NCBI GenBank assembly: GCA_031409335.1
Contig: JANNWY010000289.1
Location: 1 to 37,385 of the forward strand
Reading direction: 5' to 3'
Length of the DNA stretch: 37,385 bases
DNA from: Chthoniobacteraceae bacterium
Lineage (GTDB): Bacteria; Verrucomicrobiota; Verrucomicrobiia; Chthoniobacterales; Chthoniobacteraceae
Made by a program: the position numbers and the translations under genes. Below are positions 1 to 8,325 of this stretch, in pieces (within the stretch, counting starts at the first letter, position 1; every line of letters starts with the position of its first letter). A model generated the notes under the pieces. The model was not told where the DNA came from, ran no database searches, and worked only from the letters and a program-made list of their open reading frames with translations.

Positions 1-119
1 ATGATCGGTTCTGGCGACCGTTTCTGAGGTTACTCTGCCGATTCGCGCACTCTGCGCGCTTTGGCCGCGAATATCTCCAATCCCAGCAAGGCTACCCTCT
101 GTCCGCCGCCGCTTGAGGG

Positions 120-137
120 TTTTTCAACAGACTGTTA
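120..137. mobile_element. Possible terminal inverted repeat of an IS/MITE (TTTTTCAACAGACTGTTA)
   Basis: Resembles, from memory, the ...TTTTTCAACAG(C/A)CTG(C/T)TA ends of some IS5/IS1182-type elements. No transposase or partner end lies in the window. Confidence 0.3.
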
Positions 138-187
138 AGCGACCTCGTGGCTTGCTGCACCAGCAGCGAGCGGGAAGAGCGGGGGCT

Positions 188-1348
188 CTACCAATTCTGC
201 GTCGTCGCCTTCCCTGCCGAGGCCTTCACCGCGCCGAAGCCGCTTGCGTCCACACGGAATTGCGCGGGAACGGCGGGACCTTCGATCGCGATCGCACCCG
301 CCAGTCGTTCCGCGGGATCGCGCGGAAAAATCGCGGCAAACGCCGCATTCGGCACCGGCGGCGCGGCGTAGTCCGGGCCGGAATCCGCAGGCTGCGTCGC
401 TCTTCCAGCGGCGGCGATTTGCGCATCGGCGTCTTTTTTTTGCGCGGGTGAAAGTTTTACCTTCAATGCATCGCGACGCTTTGCCGCTTCTTCGTGGGAA
501 GATTCCGCTGCCAGCGAAAACAGCGCGAATGCTTCCGCGAGCTTACCATCCTTCTCGGCAGCTTCCGCAGCGAGATACTGTCCCACCGGATGGCCCGCCT
601 TCGCAGCGGTGATCGCCGCGTTTGCGGCGGAGTCCTTGTCCAAAACTGAAAGATTCAGCCCCGCAGCAGCAAGTCCCGCCGCCGCTTTCTTAAACCAAGA
701 GGCCGCAGCCTTTTCATCCTTTTCAACCCCGATCCCTTTCAGCAGCCGCACGCCATAGTCGTTCATCGCCGGCGCGTATCCTGCGTCCGCCGCAGCTTGC
801 AATAGCGCCGCGGCATCCCTCGCATTCATGAGTCGCGCCGCCGCCACCATCGCTGGCGGATGCTTTTGGTCCGCCGCTTTCTTCAGCCACTCCAGCGCTG
901 CCTTTTCATCGCGCGGTCCCGCATCGCCAGTCGCGGCGTAGTTTCCCATCCGGTATTGTGCCACCGCCAGCCCGCTCTCGGCAGCACCTTTGAAGTAGAA
1001 AACGGTTTGATCCTCGTCCGGCTTTCCTCCGCTCAACGCACCTGCTTCGGCAAGCCGCGCGAGATCATACGCCGCCGGTCCGTATCCCGCCTGCGCGGCA
1101 GTCTCGAGCAGCGCGCGCGCTTTCGGGAGCGACGCGCCTTTCACCTTTCCGGCACCGTGCAGCCGCGCGAGCAGCCAGCGCGCTTGATCGCTATTCTGCG
1201 CCACGGCTTTTGCGAGCAAACCCGCCGCGTCATCCACCTTCCCCACCGCCGCGGCGGCAATCGCTTTTTCGACTTCGGGTGGTTCCGCGGCTGGCAAAAA
1301 TCCAAACGCGAAAACGACCAGCGAAACGATGCAGATTTGTCTTTTCAT
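188..1348 (-). CDS. Secreted Sel1-like repeat protein
   Basis: Start moved to MKRQICIVSLVVFAFG (signal-peptide-like), whose ATG overlaps the upstream TGA (ATGA). Repeated SLR motifs such as AMNDYGVRLLKGIGVEKDEKAAASWFKKAA. Confidence 0.85.
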   Translation of the reverse strand: MKRQICIVSLVVFAFGFLPAAEPPEVEKAIAAAAVGKVDDAAGLLAKAVAQNSDQARWLLARLHGAGKVKGASLPKARALLETAAQAGYGPAAYDLARLAEAGALSGGKPDEDQTVFYFKGAAESGLAVAQYRMGNYAATGDAGPRDEKAALEWLKKAADQKHPPAMVAAARLMNARDAAALLQAAADAGYAPAMNDYGVRLLKGIGVEKDEKAAASWFKKAAAGLAAAGLNLSVLDKDSAANAAITAAKAGHPVGQYLAAEAAEKDGKLAEAFALFSLAAESSHEEAAKRRDALKVKLSPAQKKDADAQIAAAGRATQPADSGPDYAAPPVPNAAFAAIFPRDPAERLAGAIAIEGPAVPAQFRVDASGFGAVKASAGKATTQNW

Positions 1349-4300
1349 GGCGGGGTTTTGAGTTTGACGCGGGTGCCGGAAAACTTCTCTTCCGAAGTTT
1401 TTCCATTCGGCCAGCGCACCGTGATTTTCCCCTCCCGGGCTTCTCCGCCAAGTCCAAACCAAAGCAGCGGCGGACCCTGCGACGCGTAGCCTCCACCCAC
1501 TGCGAGTTCGGCGGTTTGAGTGGGAAGTCCGGTGCATTCGACCCTCACGCGCGCACCAGCCGCACCGGGCGGAAGTTCGACGCGCAGCATCGCGCGGCCA
1601 TCGTGCTTTCCGCGGTTGGTAAATGCGCTCGTGGGTCCACCATTCAAAGTCACCGCCAAATCCGGCCAGTCATCGCCATCGAGATCCGCGAGCACGCTTG
1701 CGCGTCCATCACCCGGCTCGACGATCCCACTGCGCAGCGTCTCCACGGTTGCAAATCCGCCTTTCCCATCGCCAGGCAAAAGCACGCTCACGCCGCCGTC
1801 GAATCGCGGCAGTTCGGGATATGTGGCGCTCTGATTTTGCGCGATGAAAATGTCCGCGTTTCCATCGCCATCCACATCGCTGCAAATCACGCCAAAGCCC
1901 GGTGCAAACTGCGCGCGCAAATCGAGCGGCTGGAATGTGAACGTTGGTTCCCCGCTCGCGTCCGGCCCGCCATTGATGAATACGCCGGACTCAAAAGTAT
2001 CCGCCTCAAACTTCTTCGCCGCCGCCAGCGCCTTCGCGGAATAAATCTGATCGAGTTCCACTGACGCATACGCCTTGTGCGTACGGAAAAGCTGCTTCAA
2101 CTCCGGCATTTCCGACGCCGCCACATTCAGCCCGCGCCTCGGCACCATCGCATCGCCCGCGTACTGCGCCTCCACGATCTTCGGCAGGCCGCCGTCGAAA
2201 AACTGCCCGTAAAAAAGCACCGCCGGATACCGCGAACTCGCGCGGCCATAGCGCGTGTTCCAGCCAAGATTCGTCGCCACGTAATCCATCTTCCCGTCGT
2301 GATTCACATCCGCCGCGGCCAGCCCATTCCACCAGCCGCGCCGGTTCGCAAGGTCGCCAGTCGCCTTGCCCAGCATCAGCTTTCCTTTGCGATTTAGAAA
2401 AAGTTTTACCGTGCCCCACTCGTGCGCGACGAGCAGATCGAGCGCGCCGTCGCCATCCGCATCCGTCCACAGCGCGCTCGTCACCAATCCCGTCCCGATC
2501 AGCTCCGGCGCAACTCCGTTCGTTGCGTTCGCAAATTTCCCTTTCCCATCGTTCCGCAAAATCCGCCCGTTCGCCGCCGCCGGAAAATCCTCCGGGATCA
2601 CCCGCTCGCCGACGAACAAATCCAGATCACCATCGCCATCGAAATCCGCCGCGCACACCGCGCCCGCCGGCATTTCATTCACCGGCACCGCTCCATCCGT
2701 GCGCAAAAACTTTCCCTTTCCGTCATTCAAATAAAGCCGGTCGCGCTGCTCGGGATCGCCGGGCGCAAAACGATAACTTCCACCGCCGACAAAAAGATCG
2801 AGATCGCCATCGCCATCCGCGTCGAAAAACACCGGCGCAAAATCCTCGCTCTTTTTGTCTTCGCGAAACGCCGGCGAAAACCGCGCGATGAAACGCCCGC
2901 TCCCGTTGTTAAACCGCACCTCGCCGATCTGCCCCGCACCCTTCGCCAGATAGTAGTCGAAATCCCCGTCGCCATCGACATCGCCCCAAGCCATCCCCGG
3001 CCCGAGATTCGACAGCCCGTGCGGCAGCAGGGATTGTTTCGCAAAATCATCCGTCGGCGGATTTTCGTGCTTCGAGCCGGAGAGAATCTCGGAGCGCGAG
3101 AAAAGTAGCGCAGGCGCCCCGCCTGTGAAAAGTCCCGCGGGCGCCCCGCCCGCAGGAACGCCGGGCAAGGTGCCCGCCGGACTGATCGCAGGCGGGGCGC
3201 CTGCGCTACTTTCCGCGACCGTGTAAAAACGATCCGCCGCCAATTTTTCAAAACGCTGCACCGTCCCGCTCGGCCAGCGCACCGTCACTTCATCCATCAC
3301 CGGATCGTCACCGAGGCCGAAATGCAGCACCGCTTCGTTGCTCGATTGATAGCCCGTGCATGGCGAAAGCAACCGCACCTGCTGCCCCGATTTCGTCCGC
3401 ACCGTCACCCGCGCGCCGATGCCCTGCCGATTGCTCTTCGTCCCCGCGAGCGCGAACAGCGCGCGATGTCCACCTGCGGAATCGTTGCGATAAATCGCCA
3501 CATTTTCCTCCAGATTCACCTCCACCAAATCCATGTCGCCATCGCGATCCAGATCCGCCATTGCGCAGCCGTAGCTCACGCCCACATGATCGAGCCCCCA
3601 CGCTTTTCCATTCTCCGCAAAGCGCAAATCGCCCGCGTTCCGAAACGCATGATGCTGCTCCTTCCGAATCGCGCCCTCCTTGTAAAAATCCCACACGCGT
3701 TTCCCCACCAGCATGTCCTGCGGAATCTTTACATCCGCGTCGTTCATCATCCGCACCACGCCGTTGTTCACGTAGATGTCCGTCCATCCGTCGTTGTCAA
3801 AATCCGCGCACTTCACCGACCACGACCAGTCTGTGCTCGCCACGCCCAGCGCCTGCGCCACTTCAAAAAACCGACCCGTGCCCGTATTGATGAAAAGGCA
3901 GTTGTGCGAAACCTGCGGCGGCTTCGCCGAAGCCGCGCGACGGAACTCGATCGGCGACATCCCGCCCGTCGTCTTCGCCTTGAAATGATTCGTCGCCGAC
4001 ATGTCCGCGAGGAAGAAATCGAACCAGCCGTCGTTGTTGAAATCCGCAAAATCCGCGCCCATCGAAAACCAGCACGTATGCGGCACCGCGACCGGCAGCA
4101 CGTCCGTGAAAGTGCCATCGCCATTATTCCGGTAGAGCCGGTCCTCGGTCATGAAATCGTTCCCGACCCACAGATCCAGATCGCCATCGTTGTCGTAGTC
4201 GAACCACGTCGCGGAAAGCCCGTCGCCGCGCCCGGTGATTCCCGCGTCTTTCGACACATCGGTAAAACGCTGCTGCCCATCGTTGCGCAAAAGCCGATCC

Positions 4301-5073
4301 GGCGTGCCCGCCGGTTCCGTGCCCCAGTTGTTTTCATCCAGACGCCAGATCGCCTGATATTTTTCCGCGCCCGCTTTCATCACCGGCACACCGTCCTTCA
4401 TCTCCGTCGGCATGATCGGATTGAATCCCGCCGGGTCATCGTAGCGATTCGTCAGCAGATAAACGTCGAGGTCGCCATCGCCGTCGTAGTCCGCGAAATA
4501 CGCGCTGTGGCTCGCATCCACGAGATCGAGGCCGAACTCCTTTGCCTGCTCCGCAAACCTCACCGGCTCACCCTTTTTACCCGGCCCGAGATTGATGAAG
4601 AGCTGATTCGGCGCGTCGTAATTGCAGACGTAAATATCCAGCCGCCCATCGCCATTCACATCCGCCATCGCCACTCCGCCGCCCCAAGCATCGCCGCCAT
4701 TCACGCCACAAACAACCTCCTCAAATTTTAGCGCGCCCGTCTGCCGGTACAGCTTGTTCGCACGAGGCCCGCTCGCGAGGAAAACGTCTGGCTTTCCATC
4801 GCCATCCACATCGCCGATCGCCACGCCGCCCGTCGCCGTGCCCGAGTGGTAAAGGAAAGACTGCGGATGCGCCAAATCCACGGGACTCACAAAGTCGATT
4901 CCTGTCTGAGCCTTGTCGGCAAGGCGCGTGAACATCGCGCCGGATTCGCGGGCGACAGGTTTGGCGAGGGGAACGCTCGCGATCCCTTTCGCATCGGCGG
5001 CATTCGCAGACGTCGCGACCACAAGGTTGATCATTCCCACGATGGGGAAAAAACGGAGTTGGGACGGTGACAT
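1345..5073 (-). CDS. CRTAC1/ASPIC-UnbV family protein with FG-GAP/VCBS repeats (two tandem modules)
   Basis: Signal peptide; many DxDGDGDLD repeats; two ASPIC/UnbV-type ends (GYQSSNEAVLHFGLG...VTVRWPSG and GGYASQGPPLLWFGLG...TVRWPNG). Confidence 0.92.
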   Translation of the reverse strand: MSPSQLRFFPIVGMINLVVATSANAADAKGIASVPLAKPVARESGAMFTRLADKAQTGIDFVSPVDLAHPQSFLYHSGTATGGVAIGDVDGDGKPDVFLASGPRANKLYRQTGALKFEEVVCGVNGGDAWGGGVAMADVNGDGRLDIYVCNYDAPNQLFINLGPGKKGEPVRFAEQAKEFGLDLVDASHSAYFADYDGDGDLDVYLLTNRYDDPAGFNPIMPTEMKDGVPVMKAGAEKYQAIWRLDENNWGTEPAGTPDRLLRNDGQQRFTDVSKDAGITGRGDGLSATWFDYDNDGDLDLWVGNDFMTEDRLYRNNGDGTFTDVLPVAVPHTCWFSMGADFADFNNDGWFDFFLADMSATNHFKAKTTGGMSPIEFRRAASAKPPQVSHNCLFINTGTGRFFEVAQALGVASTDWSWSVKCADFDNDGWTDIYVNNGVVRMMNDADVKIPQDMLVGKRVWDFYKEGAIRKEQHHAFRNAGDLRFAENGKAWGLDHVGVSYGCAMADLDRDGDMDLVEVNLEENVAIYRNDSAGGHRALFALAGTKSNRQGIGARVTVRTKSGQQVRLLSPCTGYQSSNEAVLHFGLGDDPVMDEVTVRWPSGTVQRFEKLAADRFYTVAESSAGAPPAISPAGTLPGVPAGGAPAGLFTGGAPALLFSRSEILSGSKHENPPTDDFAKQSLLPHGLSNLGPGMAWGDVDGDGDFDYYLAKGAGQIGEVRFNNGSGRFIARFSPAFREDKKSEDFAPVFFDADGDGDLDLFVGGGSYRFAPGDPEQRDRLYLNDGKGKFLRTDGAVPVNEMPAGAVCAADFDGDGDLDLFVGERVIPEDFPAAANGRILRNDGKGKFANATNGVAPELIGTGLVTSALWTDADGDGALDLLVAHEWGTVKLFLNRKGKLMLGKATGDLANRRGWWNGLAAADVNHDGKMDYVATNLGWNTRYGRASSRYPAVLFYGQFFDGGLPKIVEAQYAGDAMVPRRGLNVAASEMPELKQLFRTHKAYASVELDQIYSAKALAAAKKFEADTFESGVFINGGPDASGEPTFTFQPLDLRAQFAPGFGVICSDVDGDGNADIFIAQNQSATYPELPRFDGGVSVLLPGDGKGGFATVETLRSGIVEPGDGRASVLADLDGDDWPDLAVTLNGGPTSAFTNRGKHDGRAMLRVELPPGAAGARVRVECTGLPTQTAELAVGGGYASQGPPLLWFGLGGEAREGKITVRWPNGKTSEEKFSGTRVKLKTPP
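3102..3212. repeat. GTAG-type REP doublet (REPIN/BIME-like) inside the CRTAC1-like CDS
   Basis: Perfect 24-bp inverted repeat AAAGTAGCGCAGGCGCCCCGCCTG (3102-3125 / 3189-3212). Each arm has an internal CAGGCG-3nt-CGCCTG hairpin, and two similar hairpins lie between the arms (3137-3153, 3162-3176). Span 111 bp = 37 codons. Confidence 0.85.
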
Positions 5074-5084
5074 CGCGGTGCGAG

Positions 5085-5113
5085 AAAGTGCCGGTCAACG
5101 CCGCGCGCGACAA
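5085..5113 (-). promoter_or_regulatory. Putative sigma70-type promoter TTGTCG-N17-CACTTT
   Basis: -35/-10 spacing of 17, ending 11 nt before the ATG at 5073. The same CACNNT pattern precedes other genes. Confidence 0.35.
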
Positions 5114-5120
5114 CCGCAAT

Positions 5121-8100
5121 TCAAGCACCCGCGACACCGTTCTCGGGCGACTGGGTCAATTCGCGAAATGCGTGGCGCAGCTCGGCAGGCGTGAATGGCT
5201 TTTGCATAAACGCCGCGAGTCCCTGGCCGGCAAAACGGCTGATCGCATCCTGCTCATTGTAGCCGCTCATCAGCACGACCGGGATGTCCGCGCGAATGCG
5301 GCGCATCTCGGTGAACGCGGCGATGCCGTCCATTTCCGGCATGGTGAGATCGAGCAGCACCGCGACAAATCCGCCCGGCGCTTCACGGAAAAAATCAACC
5401 GCCTCGCGCCCGTTCACCGCAAGGACAACCTGATAGCCGGAAAGTTCCAGCAGTCGCGCCGCCACTTTGCGCACCTCGGATTCATCGTCCGCGACCAGCA
5501 CCGTCCCCGATCCGCGCCATGCCAGCTCCGTCGGCGCATCGGCGCAATCCTTCTCCAAAGGCCCGCCCGCGGAGGGCAGCAATAGTCGAAATGTGGATCC
5601 CTTTCCCACCTCGCTGGAAACTTTCATCGCACCGCCATGGCCGCGCACGATACCGAGCACGGCGGCCAGGCCAAGGCCGCGGCCCGTGAATTTCGTGGTA
5701 AAAAACGGATTGAAAATCTTCGACAAAGTTTCGCTGCTCATGCCGCAGCCGGTGTCGCTGATTTCGAGAAAGACGTATTCGCCGGGAGGCGTGCGCGGCG
5801 AAAGCATCGTGTCGGCGAGATAAGCCGCGTCCGCCTGAATCGCGCCCGTGCGAAGCGTGATCACGCCCGGACCGTCGCCCAGCGCATCCGATGCGTTGAT
5901 GACCAGATTCATGATGATCTGCCGCATCTGCGTGGCGTCGCCGGAGATCGCGGGAAGATCGGGAGCAAAATGGTAGTCGATCATCGCGCTCTTGCTGATC
6001 GACGGGTGGACGAGTTGCACGGTGTCCGCGACGACTTCGCCCAAGTCCAGACGCTGCACGACGAAGCGGCCCTTGCCCGAATAGGCGAGCATTTGTTTGC
6101 ACAGCTCCGCGGCGCGGCGCGAGGTCTTCTCGACCGCTTCGAGATACGCCTGGACTGGCGAAGTCACCGGCAGATCCATGCGCGCGAGGCTGGTGTTGCC
6201 GAGGATGCCGGTCAGCAGATTGTTAAAATCATGCGCCACTCCGCCGGCGAGGATGCCGAGACTTTCGAGCTTTTGCGTTTCCTGAAGGCGACGGTCGATC
6301 TGCTCTTTTTCGTCCGCCGCGGCGTGCTGCTCCGTCACATCCATCACCGCGCCGACGAGCCTGATGATGCGGCCCTCTTCATCGCGGACGACATCGCCGC
6401 GTGAAGCCAGCCAGCGCACCGCGCCATCGCCGCGGACGATGCGCACCTCGCCGGTGAGACTGCCGCCGTCGCGCGCGATCTGCCGCAGCCTTGATTCGAT
6501 GAACGCGCGATGATCGGGGTGGACCATCTGCAGATACTCCGCGAGTCCGCCGCGGAACGTGCCGGCCGCGAGTCCGAACATGCGCTCCGCCGTCTCCGAC
6601 CACGCGAAAGAATCGGCCTTCACATCCCACTCCCACGTCCCGAGATCCGCTGCGGCCAGCGCGCTCCGGAGACGCGCTTCCGCGCGGCGACGATCCTCCT
6701 CGGCACGGCGTTGCTCCGTGACATCGCGCTGCGTCCCCCACGCGCGGACGAGCCGTCTCTCTTCGACGATGCCAGTGAGGTTGTTGAGAAAAATCCGGCT
6801 CGCGCCGCTCCGCCCGACTTCGTGCGTTTCAGCATTCAAGAGCCGGTAGTCGTTTTGGACGAACTTGCGCAGATGCTCGAAGTTCGCGGGCTCGCGCGGC
6901 ATCAAATCGGCGAGTCGCATTCCGATCATCTCCTTCGCCCGCTCGAAGTCGTACATCCGCGCGAACGAATCATTCGCCTCCGCGAGAAAGGCGCGTGTGT
7001 AGTAAGACTCGACCTGTTCCTCCACCGGACGATCGACCGGAATCGGCTCGGTCAATTCAAACCGCCAGATCGCCTCATTGCTCTGCTCCACGAAAGCGCG
7101 ATACCGCTCTTCCGCTTTGCGCCTGCGCTGATTGTCCTCGATCAGCGTGCGCTCCGCCGCGTGCAATTCCGCGGTCCGTTCGCGCACCGAACGCTGCACC
7201 GTCAGCGTCCGCTGCTGCGCGGAGTAGAGCAGCGCCATCAGCATTCCGGTGAGCGAAATTCCGCCTCCCAGAAACGCCCACGAATACATCGGCGCATGCT
7301 CCGCCGAGGGCCGAAACACCGCGACCCATTCACGGCCCGCGACGCGCATCGACAGCTCCCGATGCGGCCCCAATCGGAACTCCTCTTCCGCCCCGGCGCT
7401 CTCCATCTGCATCCGTCCATCGATGCATCCCGCGAGAAATTTTCCCCCCGCCACCGCGGATGCATCGAGCAGCAGCATATCCACATCCCCTGCCGGCATC
7501 CGCTGCATCGTCCCATCCAGCAAGCGGCTGAATGGCACCGCGCCGGCCAGCACGCCGCGCAGGCGGTCGCGCTTTTCCACGCCGCTGCGCGGCATCGCGT
7601 CTCCCGCGTAAACCGCCAGCGCCAAGGCCCACCCGATCACGCTGCCGTGGTCCTCGACGATGGTGACGCGCTGCGTCGCGGATACCGCCCCCGTTTCCAC
7701 CGCGCGCGCGATCGCCGCCTGGTAGGGACCGCCAAAATGCTCGACGCCGAACAGCCGGCTGTTTCCGAGCGACGGTTCGCAAAACTGCATGGGCAAATAC
7801 TCCTCGCGTTCCAGCGCGGGATCGGCGCTCGCACTTTCATGGATGAAAAAGCGCGAGCCGTCGGGCCGCACGGCAGCCGCTTCAAACGCGGCGCGTTCCC
7901 CGCTCTTCACCCGCGGCAGCCAGGCGAGCAGCTCCAGCCCTGGATGGCGCGCGCGCAGATCCTCGGCAGCGCGGCGAAACTCATCCGCGTTCACGCCGCC
8001 TGACGCATCGAATAGATTTCGCAACGTGTACAGGCACTCCTCGTATTGCTGGATCGCGACCTCGATCGCCCGCCAGTGGGTCTGCGCCTGCCGCTCAAAA

Positions 8101-8261
8101 TCATTCTCGAACTGCGCGCGCTCCTGATTGCGCACGACGAGCGCGGCGACGCTCGAAAACGCGACGCCGCAAAACAGCACCGCCGCGAGCGGGATCGCGC
8201 GCCGCAGCCTCGTCGCGGGCGTTTCCGCTTTCTCGCGGGCGGAAGTATCCGGGAGGCTCAC
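5121..8261 (-). CDS. Hybrid sensor histidine kinase (TM-CHASE-TM-PAS-PAS-HisKA-HATPase-REC)
   Basis: H-box LAGGVAHDFNNLL, G-box FTTKFTGRGLGL, C-terminal receiver (VLVADDE, LLDLTMPEMDG, MQKPF), CHASE-like region between two hydrophobic helices. GTG 8261 chosen as start to avoid overlapping the upstream gene. Confidence 0.92.
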   Translation of the reverse strand: MSLPDTSAREKAETPATRLRRAIPLAAVLFCGVAFSSVAALVVRNQERAQFENDFERQAQTHWRAIEVAIQQYEECLYTLRNLFDASGGVNADEFRRAAEDLRARHPGLELLAWLPRVKSGERAAFEAAAVRPDGSRFFIHESASADPALEREEYLPMQFCEPSLGNSRLFGVEHFGGPYQAAIARAVETGAVSATQRVTIVEDHGSVIGWALALAVYAGDAMPRSGVEKRDRLRGVLAGAVPFSRLLDGTMQRMPAGDVDMLLLDASAVAGGKFLAGCIDGRMQMESAGAEEEFRLGPHRELSMRVAGREWVAVFRPSAEHAPMYSWAFLGGGISLTGMLMALLYSAQQRTLTVQRSVRERTAELHAAERTLIEDNQRRRKAEERYRAFVEQSNEAIWRFELTEPIPVDRPVEEQVESYYTRAFLAEANDSFARMYDFERAKEMIGMRLADLMPREPANFEHLRKFVQNDYRLLNAETHEVGRSGASRIFLNNLTGIVEERRLVRAWGTQRDVTEQRRAEEDRRRAEARLRSALAAADLGTWEWDVKADSFAWSETAERMFGLAAGTFRGGLAEYLQMVHPDHRAFIESRLRQIARDGGSLTGEVRIVRGDGAVRWLASRGDVVRDEEGRIIRLVGAVMDVTEQHAAADEKEQIDRRLQETQKLESLGILAGGVAHDFNNLLTGILGNTSLARMDLPVTSPVQAYLEAVEKTSRRAAELCKQMLAYSGKGRFVVQRLDLGEVVADTVQLVHPSISKSAMIDYHFAPDLPAISGDATQMRQIIMNLVINASDALGDGPGVITLRTGAIQADAAYLADTMLSPRTPPGEYVFLEISDTGCGMSSETLSKIFNPFFTTKFTGRGLGLAAVLGIVRGHGGAMKVSSEVGKGSTFRLLLPSAGGPLEKDCADAPTELAWRGSGTVLVADDESEVRKVAARLLELSGYQVVLAVNGREAVDFFREAPGGFVAVLLDLTMPEMDGIAAFTEMRRIRADIPVVLMSGYNEQDAISRFAGQGLAAFMQKPFTPAELRHAFRELTQSPENGVAGA

Positions 8262-8267
8262 GGGAAG

Positions 8268-8297
8268 AGCGTGGCGTGGAAAGGCCTCCGACGGCAA
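8268..8297 (-). promoter_or_regulatory. Putative promoter TTGCCG-N18-CACGCT, 6 nt before the GTG start (leaderless-type)
   Basis: Spacing and position seen directly in the sequence; function inferred. Confidence 0.35.
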
Positions 8298-8325
8298 TCG
8301 GGAAATCGCGCCCCACCGCGACCGG

